Notes: a model not told the origin generated them from the sequence alone. A stretch of DNA of 64,000 bases from an uncultured Methanosarcinales archaeon (GCA_964650285.1 CAZYSP010000003.1:6364-70363), one strand, 5' to 3'. Counted from the stretch's first letter, positions 29,290-40,227 are shown. Translations and numbers: made by a program.

Positions 29290-31002
29290 CTACTGAAGAC
29301 AATAAGCACCATATGGCTCAACTTGACCATTAAACTGTTTTTTAGAAATCAAATCAAATTTTTTTGTATATTTTGGCAAGGTTATTTTATCTTCACTAAC
29401 ATTAACAATGGCAATTATTTTTTTACCTTTGTATTTACGTTCGGTAATAAGCAATATTTTGTCTGATTTAACTGGTTTTTCCTTACAATAAGGGTCTAAT
29501 GCACTTATTCTTTTTCTGGCATTAAGAAGATGCAAATAGCTTGCCAGCACTTTATGCCTTATTGAATTTTTGTCTCTAATTTCTTGCTCTATTTTTTTAT
29601 AGTGTAATTTTCCCCTGTTAATTTCTCTATTGATGCCTGTTTTTTCAACGCCTCGCGAATAATTCCTAGAACCAAGCAAGCTGTGTATGTAAATTCCTGG
29701 AATTCCTTTGCTCAAAAGAATAATAACTTGGGAAGCCATAAATCTTTTAACTTTTTTTTCAATAGCTATTTTTTTGTTGGGATTATTAATCGCATCAAAA
29801 TAAGTTATATTTAGTTCATAAGGTGCTATCTTTCCATTCTTGGCTAATTTGTAAGATATAAGGCCATTATGTTTCTTTGTAGTAGCTAACAGACTGTTAA
29901 AATCTTTTGGAGAAATCATTCTCCTTGCACCCAAAATTCCTATACCATCATGCGAAGCTAAAAAATTGAAGAATAATGAATTCTTATTTAAAGCCCAAAA
30001 TATTTTATATGCTTTCTGTAAATAAGATGTGTCTTTCCTTGTAAATGCGTCAAAGACGAGGGGTGGCAACAGGAATTTATAGATCAACTGCGATTCGTCA
30101 TAGCCATTCCCAAAATAAGACATGTTTTCCTTAGGTGGTACATTAGTCTCGGTTATAATAATCGTATATGGTGCAACGTAATTTAGGACATCACGCATAA
30201 GCTTGACTATTTTATGAGTTTGCTTAAGATGAATGCATCTTGTCCCTAGTTCTTTCCATAAGTAAGCAATTGCGTCTAACCTGATTATTTCTACACCTTT
30301 TGAAACATAGAACAATAATATATCAATCATATCTATTAGTACATCAGGATTCTTATAATTAAGATCAATCTGATCGTTACTAAATGTTGTCCATATGTAT
30401 TTTGTTCCATTTTTAGTTTTGAATTTAGTCAATAAAGGATTTGTCCTAGGCCTGAACACAGAAGAAGTGTCTACTCTTTTATCAAAATTAATAAAATAAT
30501 TTTTGTATTTTTCATCTCCTTTCAGAAAACCCTTAAACCACTTAGATTCTCTAGAGATATGATTTACAACAAGGTCGACCATCAAACGGTAATCTTTGCA
30601 TATCCTTACAACATCCTCCCAATCTCCAAGCTTTGAGTTTACCTTCTTGTAATCAATGACTGAGAAGCCATCATCAGAGCTATAATAGAAAAATGGCAGT
30701 ATATGGACTCCTGATATGGATTTTTTAACATACTTCTTTAGGAATTTATGGAGAGTTTTTAATGGCTTTTCTCCTTCTTGCCTTATTGTGTCACCATATG
30801 TAATAAGAATAACATCTTTGTTTGTTAGTGAAATTTTACTATTGTATTTTTTCCTTTTAGCACGGACAATATTATTTTTTCTGTAATAATCCATTGTAGA
30901 TTTTAACTTTAGAATAATTTTATCAGTGTCTTTGTTTGGATAAAGGTATGCTATTTTCTTCCGTATCTTAGCCAGATTCTTTCTATCACTTGATTTTCCC
31001 AT
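29290..31002 (-). CDS. GH13 sucrose phosphorylase-family enzyme (possible glucosylglycerate phosphorylase)
   Basis: HILPFF..SDDGFSV, LMVDLVVNHIS and IRLDAIAYLWK blocks typical of sucrose phosphorylase. Confidence 0.75.
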   Translation of the reverse strand: MGKSSDRKNLAKIRKKIAYLYPNKDTDKIILKLKSTMDYYRKNNIVRAKRKKYNSKISLTNKDVILITYGDTIRQEGEKPLKTLHKFLKKYVKKSISGVHILPFFYYSSDDGFSVIDYKKVNSKLGDWEDVVRICKDYRLMVDLVVNHISRESKWFKGFLKGDEKYKNYFINFDKRVDTSSVFRPRTNPLLTKFKTKNGTKYIWTTFSNDQIDLNYKNPDVLIDMIDILLFYVSKGVEIIRLDAIAYLWKELGTRCIHLKQTHKIVKLMRDVLNYVAPYTIIITETNVPPKENMSYFGNGYDESQLIYKFLLPPLVFDAFTRKDTSYLQKAYKIFWALNKNSLFFNFLASHDGIGILGARRMISPKDFNSLLATTKKHNGLISYKLAKNGKIAPYELNITYFDAINNPNKKIAIEKKVKRFMASQVIILLSKGIPGIYIHSLLGSRNYSRGVEKTGINREINRGKLHYKKIEQEIRDKNSIRHKVLASYLHLLNARKRISALDPYCKEKPVKSDKILLITERKYKGKKIIAIVNVSEDKITLPKYTKKFDLISKKQFNGQVEPYGAYCLQ

Positions 31003-31093
31003 ATTATGAATCCAGATTGGGTATTTTATTAAGGTTTCTATAAAATCCCATAAAACTAAAGATTTATATAATACTTTATTTCTGGGAATACAA

Positions 31094-32461
31094 ATGAAAA
31101 TAAAAAAAATAGAGGTTTTCTCAACTCACGAGCCTTACAAAAGGCCTATTCCAATTGCAGTGGGAACGCATGACAATAGGAATAATATATTGGTTAAAAT
31201 AACTGCAGACAATAGTTTATCTGGATGGGGAGAAGGATCTCCTTTAATTCCTTCTTACTCTGGTGAAGTTAGGGACCAAATGGTTGATGATATTGTAAAA
31301 AGAATAGCTCCGGACATTCTTGAGCAAAAAATAACAACTGTAGATGACATCTTGGTATTAATTCAACATATTAGACACAATAAATACTATTTTCAATGCG
31401 CTATAGCTGCAGTTGATATCGCATTATTTGACCTTTTGGGCAAACAAAAGAAAAAACCAGTTTATGAACTTATTAGAGATTATTTAAGGCTGAAAAAATT
31501 CAATAAACTTCCGGAACTGCCTGCCAACTTTACAGTGAGTCGCAATGCAACTAGAACTGATGACAAGATTGATGAAATGATTAAAGAAGCAGATTATTAT
31601 GTTAGCCAAGGCTATTCTGTTATCAAGATTAAGATTGGTATCTTTAAAAACTCGGATGAGCGTGCAGTCAAGAAACTCTATCAGTATATGAAAAAGAATC
31701 ACCCTAACCATACTGTCAACCTGTTTGTAGATGGCAATCAAGCTTATTCAACAGTCCAAGAAGCACTTACTATTATCAATAAAATAAAGCCTTATATTGA
31801 CGGTCTGGAACAGCCATTCCACCGCAATATTCCTTATCTATCGGCGTCACTATACAAGAAGTTTAAATCAATGAAAGATGCTCCATTTTTGATTACTGAT
31901 GAAGGAAGCTCTTCTATTGAAGAAATGGAAAATGTCATGATTTCACATGCTGCTGCGGGTTCCTTGCTGAAAATGGTACGAAGTGGCGGTTTTAGCTTTG
32001 TGATTTGGCTTTCTAATCTGCTGCGCAAATATCCTAAATTCAAGCTAGAGCCCATGTCAATGACCGAGACAGGTATAGGTACTACTGCTAACTTGCACTC
32101 TGCTTTAGTTATTTATGAACATTGCAACTTAAACTCAGGCTTTGGCTTTGATGGTCCTATGCAGGTCATTGGAGACAGCTATAAAACAGGAAAAGACACA
32201 ATAATTTATAAGAATAAAAAAACTGGATTGATTATTAAAAATAAAAAAGGAGTTGCTATTTATGATGCAGAACAAATAATAGGGGATGGAGAAGGATTAG
32301 GTATTAATATTAACCAGAAATACATTGATAAGATTACTAAAGTGAGAATAGTTATTTGGCTAGAAAATAGTAATGTATTTAAAGAGGAAATAGTAGGAAA
32401 AGTAAATAAAAAAGAGATTATTGGAAAGCAGAAAACTATATTAAAGCACCCTAGATATTAA
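31094..32461 (+). CDS. enolase-superfamily (MR/MLE-type) enzyme with C-terminal extension
   Basis: KIKIG (KxK), FVDGNQAY (DxN) and EQPF metal-ligand pattern. Confidence 0.6.
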   Translation: MKIKKIEVFSTHEPYKRPIPIAVGTHDNRNNILVKITADNSLSGWGEGSPLIPSYSGEVRDQMVDDIVKRIAPDILEQKITTVDDILVLIQHIRHNKYYFQCAIAAVDIALFDLLGKQKKKPVYELIRDYLRLKKFNKLPELPANFTVSRNATRTDDKIDEMIKEADYYVSQGYSVIKIKIGIFKNSDERAVKKLYQYMKKNHPNHTVNLFVDGNQAYSTVQEALTIINKIKPYIDGLEQPFHRNIPYLSASLYKKFKSMKDAPFLITDEGSSSIEEMENVMISHAAAGSLLKMVRSGGFSFVIWLSNLLRKYPKFKLEPMSMTETGIGTTANLHSALVIYEHCNLNSGFGFDGPMQVIGDSYKTGKDTIIYKNKKTGLIIKNKKGVAIYDAEQIIGDGEGLGININQKYIDKITKVRIVIWLENSNVFKEEIVGKVNKKEIIGKQKTILKHPRY

Positions 32462-32491
32462 TTATTAAATAAAGTTTTGTAAGTATTTAAG

Positions 32492-34342
32492 ATGAAAACT
32501 ATAAAACCAAAAGCTGATTTTCTTATAGAAGTTTTACATGAAGTTGCTAATCCTATTGGTGGAGTTTATACTGTTGCTACAACCAGTTCAGGGGAAATGA
32601 GAAGATATTATGGAGAAAATTTTTATGTAGTTGGAGCATATTATCCAAAATTTGCTAAAGTTGAATTTGACGAAGAAATACCGCCACCGGAAATAAAAAA
32701 AATTTTTGAAGAATTAGAAAAAGAAAAAATAACTTGCTACTATGGTAGATGGCTAATCACCGGAAAGCCAAAAACAATTTTGGTTGATTATTCAAAATGG
32801 ATGAAAAAATTGAAAAAAATAAAGAAAGAAGTAACGAAGAAATATGGAATAGATTGTAGCAGATGCGGTCCTAATCTTAACAGACAAATAGTTTGGTCAT
32901 ATTGCCTAGTTAAGTTATTTGATAAATTATTAAGTCTTTCAGGATTTCAAAATAAAAAAGGAATTGCCCATTTTCATTTATCTGATCCAGGTTTATTACT
33001 TCTAGAACTTGCTGCTAAAAACACTAAGTTAGGGATAGTTTATACAGCACACTCTACAAGACTTGGTAGGTTCATAGCAATGAATAGTGAAGATCTAGTT
33101 ACTGAAATAAAAGAAGGCATTAAACATAAAAAAACTGTCAGAAAAGGTAGGGAGTATAAATATGGTGGTATAAGAGTAACTGTACACCAGTTTGAAAAGG
33201 CATGTGCAAAAGCAGCAGATGTGTTTACTAGTGTAAGTGAAACTACGGCTAGAGAAGCAGAGTACATATTAGGAAAAAAAACAGATGTTATAACACCTAA
33301 TGGGTTGGAATTCGAAAGATTTGTTTCTTTAGAAGAAAGAGCAATAAAACACAATAACTCCAAAGAAAGAATTTATAGATTTTTGAATGCATATTTTTTA
33401 CCATATTATCATGTAGACATACCACATTCCCTCCTATTCTTTACATCTGGAAGATACGAGCTTACCACAAAAGGTTATGATATTTTATTTAAAGTATTGG
33501 GTAAATTAAACAGCATATTAAAAAAAGAAAGGTATGAAAATAATATCTTTGTTTTTTTATTTATAATGACGGATTTAAAATCGAGTAATGAGGATATCTT
33601 AAATAATTTAAGCATATATGATACAATTGAGCATACTACGCAAGAAGAACTGCCTAATATAGAAAAAAGAATTATCGCAAATTTAATTCATGGTCATGAA
33701 ATAGCTAAAGAAAAAATATTCGATGAGCATTTTTTAATGGAGACCAAAAAGCTAATGCTGAAATTTATGAGAAAAGAAGATGAAACACCCCCTATCTCTG
33801 CATTTAAAGGTTTAAAAAAGGACGACATTATAATGAAGCTTTTGTTAAAAAGTGGGTTGGATAATAAAAAGGAGGACATAGTAAAGGTAATATTTTATCC
33901 GGCGCCAGTTTCAATTGCTGATGGTTTATTGTCCATGGAATACCATGAAGTTGTGAGTGGCATGCATCTCGGGATTTTTCCTTCTATATATGAACCATGG
34001 GGTTATACACCTCTGGAAACTGCAGCTCAGGCTGTTATGTCTATTACATCAGATGTTTCCGGATTCGGTAAATTTGTTATGAAAAACAGTAATCAAAGAA
34101 AAAAACCAGGAATTTTAGTGTTAAAGACAGAGAACAAAAAAAGAGAAGAAATAGTGGATGAGTTAACTGATATGATGTATTGGATTGCAAAGTTGCCTAG
34201 AAAACAAAGAATAGAAAAGAAATTACAAGCAAGAAAACTTTCAACCTTGGCAGATTGGGGAGAATTCTCAAAATATTATATCCAAGCACATAATTTGGCA
34301 ATAGAAAGAGCTGCTAAAAGACAAAAATCTAAAAAAAGATAA
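32492..34342 (+). CDS. GT3-family glycogen synthase-like glycosyltransferase
   Basis: N-terminal EVLHEVANPIGGVYTV...GENFYVVGAYYP parallels GT3 glycogen synthase (EVAWEVANKVGGIYTV...GDNYFLVGPY). Confidence 0.6.
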   Translation: MKTIKPKADFLIEVLHEVANPIGGVYTVATTSSGEMRRYYGENFYVVGAYYPKFAKVEFDEEIPPPEIKKIFEELEKEKITCYYGRWLITGKPKTILVDYSKWMKKLKKIKKEVTKKYGIDCSRCGPNLNRQIVWSYCLVKLFDKLLSLSGFQNKKGIAHFHLSDPGLLLLELAAKNTKLGIVYTAHSTRLGRFIAMNSEDLVTEIKEGIKHKKTVRKGREYKYGGIRVTVHQFEKACAKAADVFTSVSETTAREAEYILGKKTDVITPNGLEFERFVSLEERAIKHNNSKERIYRFLNAYFLPYYHVDIPHSLLFFTSGRYELTTKGYDILFKVLGKLNSILKKERYENNIFVFLFIMTDLKSSNEDILNNLSIYDTIEHTTQEELPNIEKRIIANLIHGHEIAKEKIFDEHFLMETKKLMLKFMRKEDETPPISAFKGLKKDDIIMKLLLKSGLDNKKEDIVKVIFYPAPVSIADGLLSMEYHEVVSGMHLGIFPSIYEPWGYTPLETAAQAVMSITSDVSGFGKFVMKNSNQRKKPGILVLKTENKKREEIVDELTDMMYWIAKLPRKQRIEKKLQARKLSTLADWGEFSKYYIQAHNLAIERAAKRQKSKKR

Positions 34343-34411
34343 TTTTTAATATTCATATTTAATGTTCCTGTTGGTCTCTTAAAATATTTAAATAAAAATG
34401 AATAATGCTTT

Positions 34412-35197
34412 TTGATGAAATCGATAATTTTTACAGATTTGGATGGAACTTTACTGGATCAATATAATTATTCTTATAAAAAAGCTATAAAAGCATTAAA
34501 CCTAATTAGGAAAAAAGATATTCCTTTGGTATTTTGTACTAGCAAAACAAGAGCAGAGATAGAATTTTATAGAAAAAAACTTAGTAATAAGCATCCTTTT
34601 ATTTCTGAAAATGGCGGTGCTATTTTCATTCCGAATAATTATTTTAATTTTAAAGTCGATTATGATAAAAAAGATAAAGATTATTTTATTATAGAATTGG
34701 GAACAGACTACGATAAACTAATATCTGTAATTAAAAAAATTAAAAATAACATTAATATTAGAAATTTCGGCAGCATGAGCGCTAAAGAAGTCTCAAAAAT
34801 TACAAATCTGCCTATAAGAAATGCTGAGCTGGCAAAAAAAAGATATTATGATGAACCTTTTATTTTAGTTGATAAAGAAAAAGATTTGGTGAAGATAGTA
34901 AGAAAAAATAACTTGAGCTATACAAAAGGAACAAGATTTTATCATTTAATGGGTGAGAGTGACAAAGGAAAAGCAGTAAGGATTTTAACAAATTTTTTTA
35001 AGAAGAAATATGGTAAAATAGTAACCTATGGTTTTGGAGATTCAAAAAATGATTTTGAGATGCTTGATAGCGTTGATAAAGGTTACTTGGTGATGAAAAA
35101 AGACAAAAAGTACGCTTCAAAAAAATATAAAAAAGCATATGGAATTGGTCCGATAGGATGGAGTAAGGTTGTTAAAGAAGTAATCCTAAATAATTGA
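34412..35197 (+). CDS. HAD-IIB phosphatase, mannosyl/glucosyl-3-phosphoglycerate phosphatase-like
   Basis: IIFTDLDGTLLD motif I, ~260 aa. Confidence 0.7.
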   Translation: MMKSIIFTDLDGTLLDQYNYSYKKAIKALNLIRKKDIPLVFCTSKTRAEIEFYRKKLSNKHPFISENGGAIFIPNNYFNFKVDYDKKDKDYFIIELGTDYDKLISVIKKIKNNINIRNFGSMSAKEVSKITNLPIRNAELAKKRYYDEPFILVDKEKDLVKIVRKNNLSYTKGTRFYHLMGESDKGKAVRILTNFFKKKYGKIVTYGFGDSKNDFEMLDSVDKGYLVMKKDKKYASKKYKKAYGIGPIGWSKVVKEVILNN

Positions 35198-35252
35198 CCC
35201 AATTAAATTTATCATTGAAATCAGAGGAATAGTATTTTTTTCTGGAATCGTT

Positions 35253-36194
35253 TCATAGACCCCTATAAAACCTAGCAGCATCTTCAGGCGTTACTGAATT
35301 TATTATTGCTCCTGTCGAAAGTTCAAATCCCCCCCATTTTGCAAGCCTGGGAGTTATTTCTATATGGAAATGCAAGTCGTGACCTTGTGGGGCGTAATGC
35401 AGGAAAAAATTATGTGACACGTTCAATTTCTTTAATTTTACAAGTATTTTTTTAAGCGCTGATGCCATATCGTACAATTCATGGTCATACATAGCTGTTA
35501 TACTCTTAACATGCCTCTTAGGGAATATCCATGCTTCAAAATTAAATCTGGACGCAAAGGGTGCAAAGGCAACTGTACTTTTGTTTGCTACTATCTTCCT
35601 TTTACTTTTTGATTCTAATCTTATTATATTACAATGTGGGCACCTTCTAAATTTCTTTGCTGCTTTAATTTCATTCATTACATCTTTTGGCAGAATAGGC
35701 AGAGCAGCTACTTGTGTATGGGAATGTATTAAAGATGTACCAGCGGAAGAGCCTTGATTCCTGAAAACAGTAACGTATTTTATATCCTTTAATTTTGATA
35801 GTGCTTTTATTCTTGATACGTATACATCAAAAATCTCTTTTATATGTTCTATGCTCAAATCTGAGAGTTGTTTTTTATGGTCTCTTGTTTCCGCTATTAT
35901 TTCATGCATGCCATAGGTCTTTCCTTCTTTGAGAAACTTATTTTTTGTTTTTATTCCAACATTTTCTTTTAATTCCACAACAGGAAATTTGTTTGGGAAC
36001 CATCTTACCCTCCAAGTGTTTTTTTCTTTAACGCGGCCTATTTCTGGCGGTGTCAAATGCTCATTTTCAGGGCAGAAAAAGCATGTTTTTGTGTTAACAG
36101 TATGATCTTCCTTAAACTCCCTAGGCCTTTTTTTTCTTTCAGTAGCGTAATAAACCCACCTGTCAAGAATATAGTCTTTCCTTAGTATTCCCAT
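35253..36194 (-). CDS. GalT-like HIT-superfamily nucleotidyltransferase/phosphorylase
   Basis: CFFCPENE zinc motif and HSHTQ (HxHxQ) active site. Confidence 0.7.
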   Translation of the reverse strand: MGILRKDYILDRWVYYATERKKRPREFKEDHTVNTKTCFFCPENEHLTPPEIGRVKEKNTWRVRWFPNKFPVVELKENVGIKTKNKFLKEGKTYGMHEIIAETRDHKKQLSDLSIEHIKEIFDVYVSRIKALSKLKDIKYVTVFRNQGSSAGTSLIHSHTQVAALPILPKDVMNEIKAAKKFRRCPHCNIIRLESKSKRKIVANKSTVAFAPFASRFNFEAWIFPKRHVKSITAMYDHELYDMASALKKILVKLKKLNVSHNFFLHYAPQGHDLHFHIEITPRLAKWGGFELSTGAIINSVTPEDAARFYRGL

Positions 36195-36331
36195 ATTAAA
36201 ATATCCTCAAAAACAAGCTATTTAAACTTTTTGAATTTATCCTTTGCTTAGTTCCCTCCTTTTTTGCCATTATAAAATTTTATAGAATTATCCATTTATA
36301 TACTTTTTTGTACTGCATTTAATTATTACAA

Positions 36332-36979
36332 CTATTTTAGAATATCCGGCAACTCGGCTTCTTCAAACTCTATAACATCTTTCCTTGTGTTTACTGTTTT
36401 CCAAAAGCCTTCGTGCTTATAAACTCTTAATTTAATTTTTGGAAAAACATCAAATTCCAGCATCCCTTTATCCGGCAGATAGTTTAGTATTTCTTCCCGG
36501 TTAAAAAGGTACCAACCGCAGCTAACCCAGTCATCAAGCAATGGCCTTTCCTCAAAAATCGCATATCCATCTTTTTCATGAATTCTTCCAAATTGCAACA
36601 CTGGGTGCGCTACACAAATTTTATTTTCCTTTTTTTCCTGTAATTTTAATAGGTCTATATCAACAAGGTCATCACAGTTTAAAACTACTACATAATCTGA
36701 TTCTGATTTTTGCAATGCTAATTTTAAACCTCCAGCAGTTCCTAAAAGTTTTTCTTCAATGGTGTAGTCAAGGGGAGCTGACGGATAATTCAATTTGACA
36801 TATTTAATCACTTCATCAGCTTTATAGCCCAAGGCCAGAATTATTTTCTTTATCCCAGACTTTAGCAAGTAATCAATCTGGCGGGCTACAATTGGTTTTC
36901 CTTTTACAATTGTTAATGCCTTCGGAAAATCACCTTCCATCCTGTTTCCCTTTCCACCAGCTATAATGACTGCGTCCAT
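36332..36979 (-). CDS. sugar-1-phosphate nucleotidyltransferase
   Basis: MDAVIIAGGKGNRM N-terminal signature. Confidence 0.75.
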   Translation of the reverse strand: MDAVIIAGGKGNRMEGDFPKALTIVKGKPIVARQIDYLLKSGIKKIILALGYKADEVIKYVKLNYPSAPLDYTIEEKLLGTAGGLKLALQKSESDYVVVLNCDDLVDIDLLKLQEKKENKICVAHPVLQFGRIHEKDGYAIFEERPLLDDWVSCGWYLFNREEILNYLPDKGMLEFDVFPKIKLRVYKHEGFWKTVNTRKDVIEFEEAELPDILK

Positions 36980-37000
36980 ATTAGGAAGTGATTTAGGAGT

Positions 37001-38038
37001 TTATTTAAATGTTTTTAGTTGTTTTTTATTTATTGTCCCTGCAACAAGCAAGGGAAATATCAATGTAGCATCTGCAACTACCTTAACGCGCTGTGCGTTT
37101 GGCTTTATCTTTGCCCAGCTTATTGCTTCTTCCTGGTTGCCTCCGGAATCAGAGCCGTCATACTCGTTAGCAGTAGTTATGTAAATAGAGTATTCGAAGC
37201 CCTCCCTGAATATTGCTGAATTTAATAAGAAATGTTTTGCAATTCCTCCACCTAAAACTATGCATCCTGCTTTGTCTGTGTTCTGCAGCATTTTTGTAAG
37301 CGTAAAATTATCTTTTGTGACATCTATTGCAAATTTTGGATTTTTTCTTTTAAAGAAAGTCGTTAAATCTCCCATTGCGCCATCTGTAATGCCCGGGCAA
37401 AAAACAGGGATGTTGTTTTTTGCAGCCCAATATACAAACGACTGCTCGTGAGCTTTCTTTGTCAGTTTATGCTTTTTTACATATTTTCCCATTTCTCTTA
37501 CGACTTCATAAGTACCTGGGATCCCTTTGAATTCTTTCATTAGCTTCTTAAAAAAATCATTAAAGAACCTTTCAAAATATAGATATCGGTCCATTGGAGC
37601 CAGAATATTGCCTATTCTGCCTATTGACTCATCTAATAAAAATTTTCCCTTTATATCAAAAGTACCTAAGTGGAATGGCTTTATGCATTTGATTATGTCT
37701 TCTTCTAATGAAGCAGCAGTTGTTGTTATGCCGTCAACAAGCTTGTTTTTTACTAAATAAGCTATAATTTCCCTGTTGCCAGAGCTTATCATATTTCCTG
37801 TAAAAGATATCCATATTGCAAGCTTGTTTTTCTTTTTTTCCTCAAGCATTTTTGACAGAATATTGAAAGCTGCACCAAGGTTAGAACCCTGGAAGCCCAT
37901 ATGAGTATAATTTTCTATGAATTTATTGAAGTCAAAAGGCTCTTCAAAATTATGGCCTTGTATCTCAGGAAACCTGTCCATAGACAGATAATTCTTCAAA
38001 TTCCCTTTCCATTTCCTGTTTTTGACATATATTGACAT
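37001..38038 (-). CDS. dys: deoxyhypusine synthase
   Basis: FTGNMISSGNREII...GITTTAASLEEDIIKC and GGGIAKHF blocks collinear with DHS. Confidence 0.75.
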   Translation of the reverse strand: MSIYVKNRKWKGNLKNYLSMDRFPEIQGHNFEEPFDFNKFIENYTHMGFQGSNLGAAFNILSKMLEEKKKNKLAIWISFTGNMISSGNREIIAYLVKNKLVDGITTTAASLEEDIIKCIKPFHLGTFDIKGKFLLDESIGRIGNILAPMDRYLYFERFFNDFFKKLMKEFKGIPGTYEVVREMGKYVKKHKLTKKAHEQSFVYWAAKNNIPVFCPGITDGAMGDLTTFFKRKNPKFAIDVTKDNFTLTKMLQNTDKAGCIVLGGGIAKHFLLNSAIFREGFEYSIYITTANEYDGSDSGGNQEEAISWAKIKPNAQRVKVVADATLIFPLLVAGTINKKQLKTFK

Positions 38039-38157
38039 TATATCACCAGATTGATGTATAAAACTAATAAAACCTAGAATTCCTTATGCACCGTATTTTC
38101 TGACAGTATCCATTGGTTTAGACTAATGTAACAACATTTATAAATATTTTTGTTTTA

Positions 38158-38943
38158 ATGGAAGAAATGCTCATAGACATACATTGCCATCTGGACCATT
38201 ATTATTTCAAGGATGATTTGGATAAAGTTGTTGATAATGCTAAAAAAGCAGGTTTAAGGGTAATTCTTACTGCAGGCCTTAATCCTGAAACAAACAGGAA
38301 AGTGTTGAAGATAGCGGAAAAGTATGATATAGTAAAGCCATGCCTTGGAATGTACCCTATACAAACCTTTCAGAAAGAGATTGAAGATGGAAATTTGCCT
38401 CTAAAGGAAAATAAGTTTGATGTTGATGAAGAAATAAAGTTTATAGAAGAAAATAAAGATAAAATTGCTGGTGTTGGAGAAGTAGGATTAGATTATTCTT
38501 TGGGTGAGGACTCTGGAAACCAGAAAAAAATATTTGAAAAAATGATTTCCCTTGCTGAAAAAATTGACAAGCCATTAATAGTGCATTCAAGAAAAGCTGA
38601 GCAAGATTGTGTTGAGGTTTTGGAGAGTTCTAAATCAAAGAAAATAATTATGCATTGTTTTTGCGGCAAAAAACCTTTAGTAAAGAAAATTATTGACAAT
38701 GGCTGGTTTTTAACTATACCTACCAATATTGTAAGAAGCTATCAATTTCAGTTTACAGCTAAGGAAGTTCCTATAACTCAGCTTTTTTGTGAGACAGATG
38801 CGCCTTTCCTGAGTCCTTTTAAGGACAAGAGGAATGAGCCTGCTTTTGTTGCTGAGGCATATAAAAAACTTGCAGAAATAAAAAAAATGGAATTCAGCGA
38901 AGTTGTAAATAATGTCTGGATGAATTGGCAGAATTTATTTTAA
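38158..38943 (+). CDS. tatD: TatD-family metal-dependent hydrolase
   Basis: IDIHCHLD, GEVGLDY, HSR motifs. Confidence 0.8.
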   Translation: MEEMLIDIHCHLDHYYFKDDLDKVVDNAKKAGLRVILTAGLNPETNRKVLKIAEKYDIVKPCLGMYPIQTFQKEIEDGNLPLKENKFDVDEEIKFIEENKDKIAGVGEVGLDYSLGEDSGNQKKIFEKMISLAEKIDKPLIVHSRKAEQDCVEVLESSKSKKIIMHCFCGKKPLVKKIIDNGWFLTIPTNIVRSYQFQFTAKEVPITQLFCETDAPFLSPFKDKRNEPAFVAEAYKKLAEIKKMEFSEVVNNVWMNWQNLF

Positions 38944-38947
38944 AAAA

Positions 38948-39757
38948 TTACTCAATAAGAACTTTCTCATTTACAGCAGTAATAAACCCATCTTCAGTAT
39001 CATTCAGTGTTAACCTGATGCTTTTCTTCAAATCAAGATTTATGAATTTTTTTGGACTTAAATCAATAACCCCCGTATGCTCTTTGCCAGAAGCTATGCC
39101 TGCTTCATAAGTATATTCTCCCCTGCTCCATGTTTCCCATTTTTCCTCCATTTCACTATCATACGCATAAACACGAACTAATGGCGTTAAAACCTTATCT
39201 TTACCATTATCAATAGTAAAAACAATCTTGCTTATTTCGCCCAAATCGTTATCTTCATCAATTATAGTAGTATAAATATTGTCAATATTCAATGCAATTA
39301 CTCCTGATAATTCCTTTTCTTCTACAACAGGCTCTTCTTCAACCTCTTCCACTTCTTCCACTACTTCTCCAATTTCATCAGTTTTATTCTCTTTTTGAAC
39401 AACAGCAGCAGTAATTGTCTGGTCTGTTTCTATACCAATACCCTTTCCCCAGTGGTTGGAAGACAAATCAAAAACAATATACGCAGCCAAAACAAGAATT
39501 ATTGCCATATATGCAATTTTTTCAATATTTGGAAAACTTTTGGTTGGTGCTTCACCATGCATCATTTCTTTTTTTCTTTTTTCTGCCAAGGCTTCCTTTT
39601 CTTTTTTATGCTTCTCTTTCAAATCCTGCTCTGCTTCTTGATATTTTCTTTTCAGAAGTTCTTCTTCATTAATTTCCTTCTCTTCAGCAGTATCCTCTTT
39701 ACCTTCAACTTTAGATTCAAAATCATCGAAAATGTCGTCAACGTCAGAATCTCCCAT
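38948..39757 (-). CDS. hypothetical membrane-anchored protein with acidic E/K-rich N-terminal region
   Basis: Low-complexity EEKE repeats, one transmembrane helix, ~150-aa C-terminal domain. Confidence 0.4.
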   Translation of the reverse strand: MGDSDVDDIFDDFESKVEGKEDTAEEKEINEEELLKRKYQEAEQDLKEKHKKEKEALAEKRKKEMMHGEAPTKSFPNIEKIAYMAIILVLAAYIVFDLSSNHWGKGIGIETDQTITAAVVQKENKTDEIGEVVEEVEEVEEEPVVEEKELSGVIALNIDNIYTTIIDEDNDLGEISKIVFTIDNGKDKVLTPLVRVYAYDSEMEEKWETWSRGEYTYEAGIASGKEHTGVIDLSPKKFINLDLKKSIRLTLNDTEDGFITAVNEKVLIE

Positions 39758-39879
39758 TTTTAATAATTAATTGAATAGTTTATATTTAAATTTATTGGAT
39801 TTATGCTTTTACTTTCACCACTAAATTATAGAAAACTTTATATTCTTGATTATTAAGGATAATAAAAAGAGGATATTAA

Positions 39880-40227
39880 ATGAAAATCACAATAGATACA
39901 AAAGAGGACAGTCATGATGAGTTAAGAAAAGTCATAAAGATGCTTTCTTCTTTGGTTGGGGAAGAGATCATGAGCAACCAGAGTGATATTTTTAGTGATA
40001 GTAGCAGCAATGGAAGTTCTGATATATTTGGTGATGACAGCAGCAGTAATGATTCTTCTGGAGATTCTAGCAGTTCTTCTGAAGGTTCAGGTGGTGGTGT
40101 ATTTAATATGTTCAATAGTGGTTCTGGAAGTGCAGGTTCTGAAGATACAACAGAAGACACTATTGATGATAGTAAAGAAAAAGATGATATTGGCATAGAT
40201 ATACCCGATGTAGAGGAATATCGCTAA
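39880..40227 (+). CDS. small acidic Ser/Asp-rich low-complexity protein
   Basis: ORF only. SSSNDSSGDSSSSSEGSGGG low-complexity tract. Confidence 0.3.
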   Translation: MKITIDTKEDSHDELRKVIKMLSSLVGEEIMSNQSDIFSDSSSNGSSDIFGDDSSSNDSSGDSSSSSEGSGGGVFNMFNSGSGSAGSEDTTEDTIDDSKEKDDIGIDIPDVEEYR

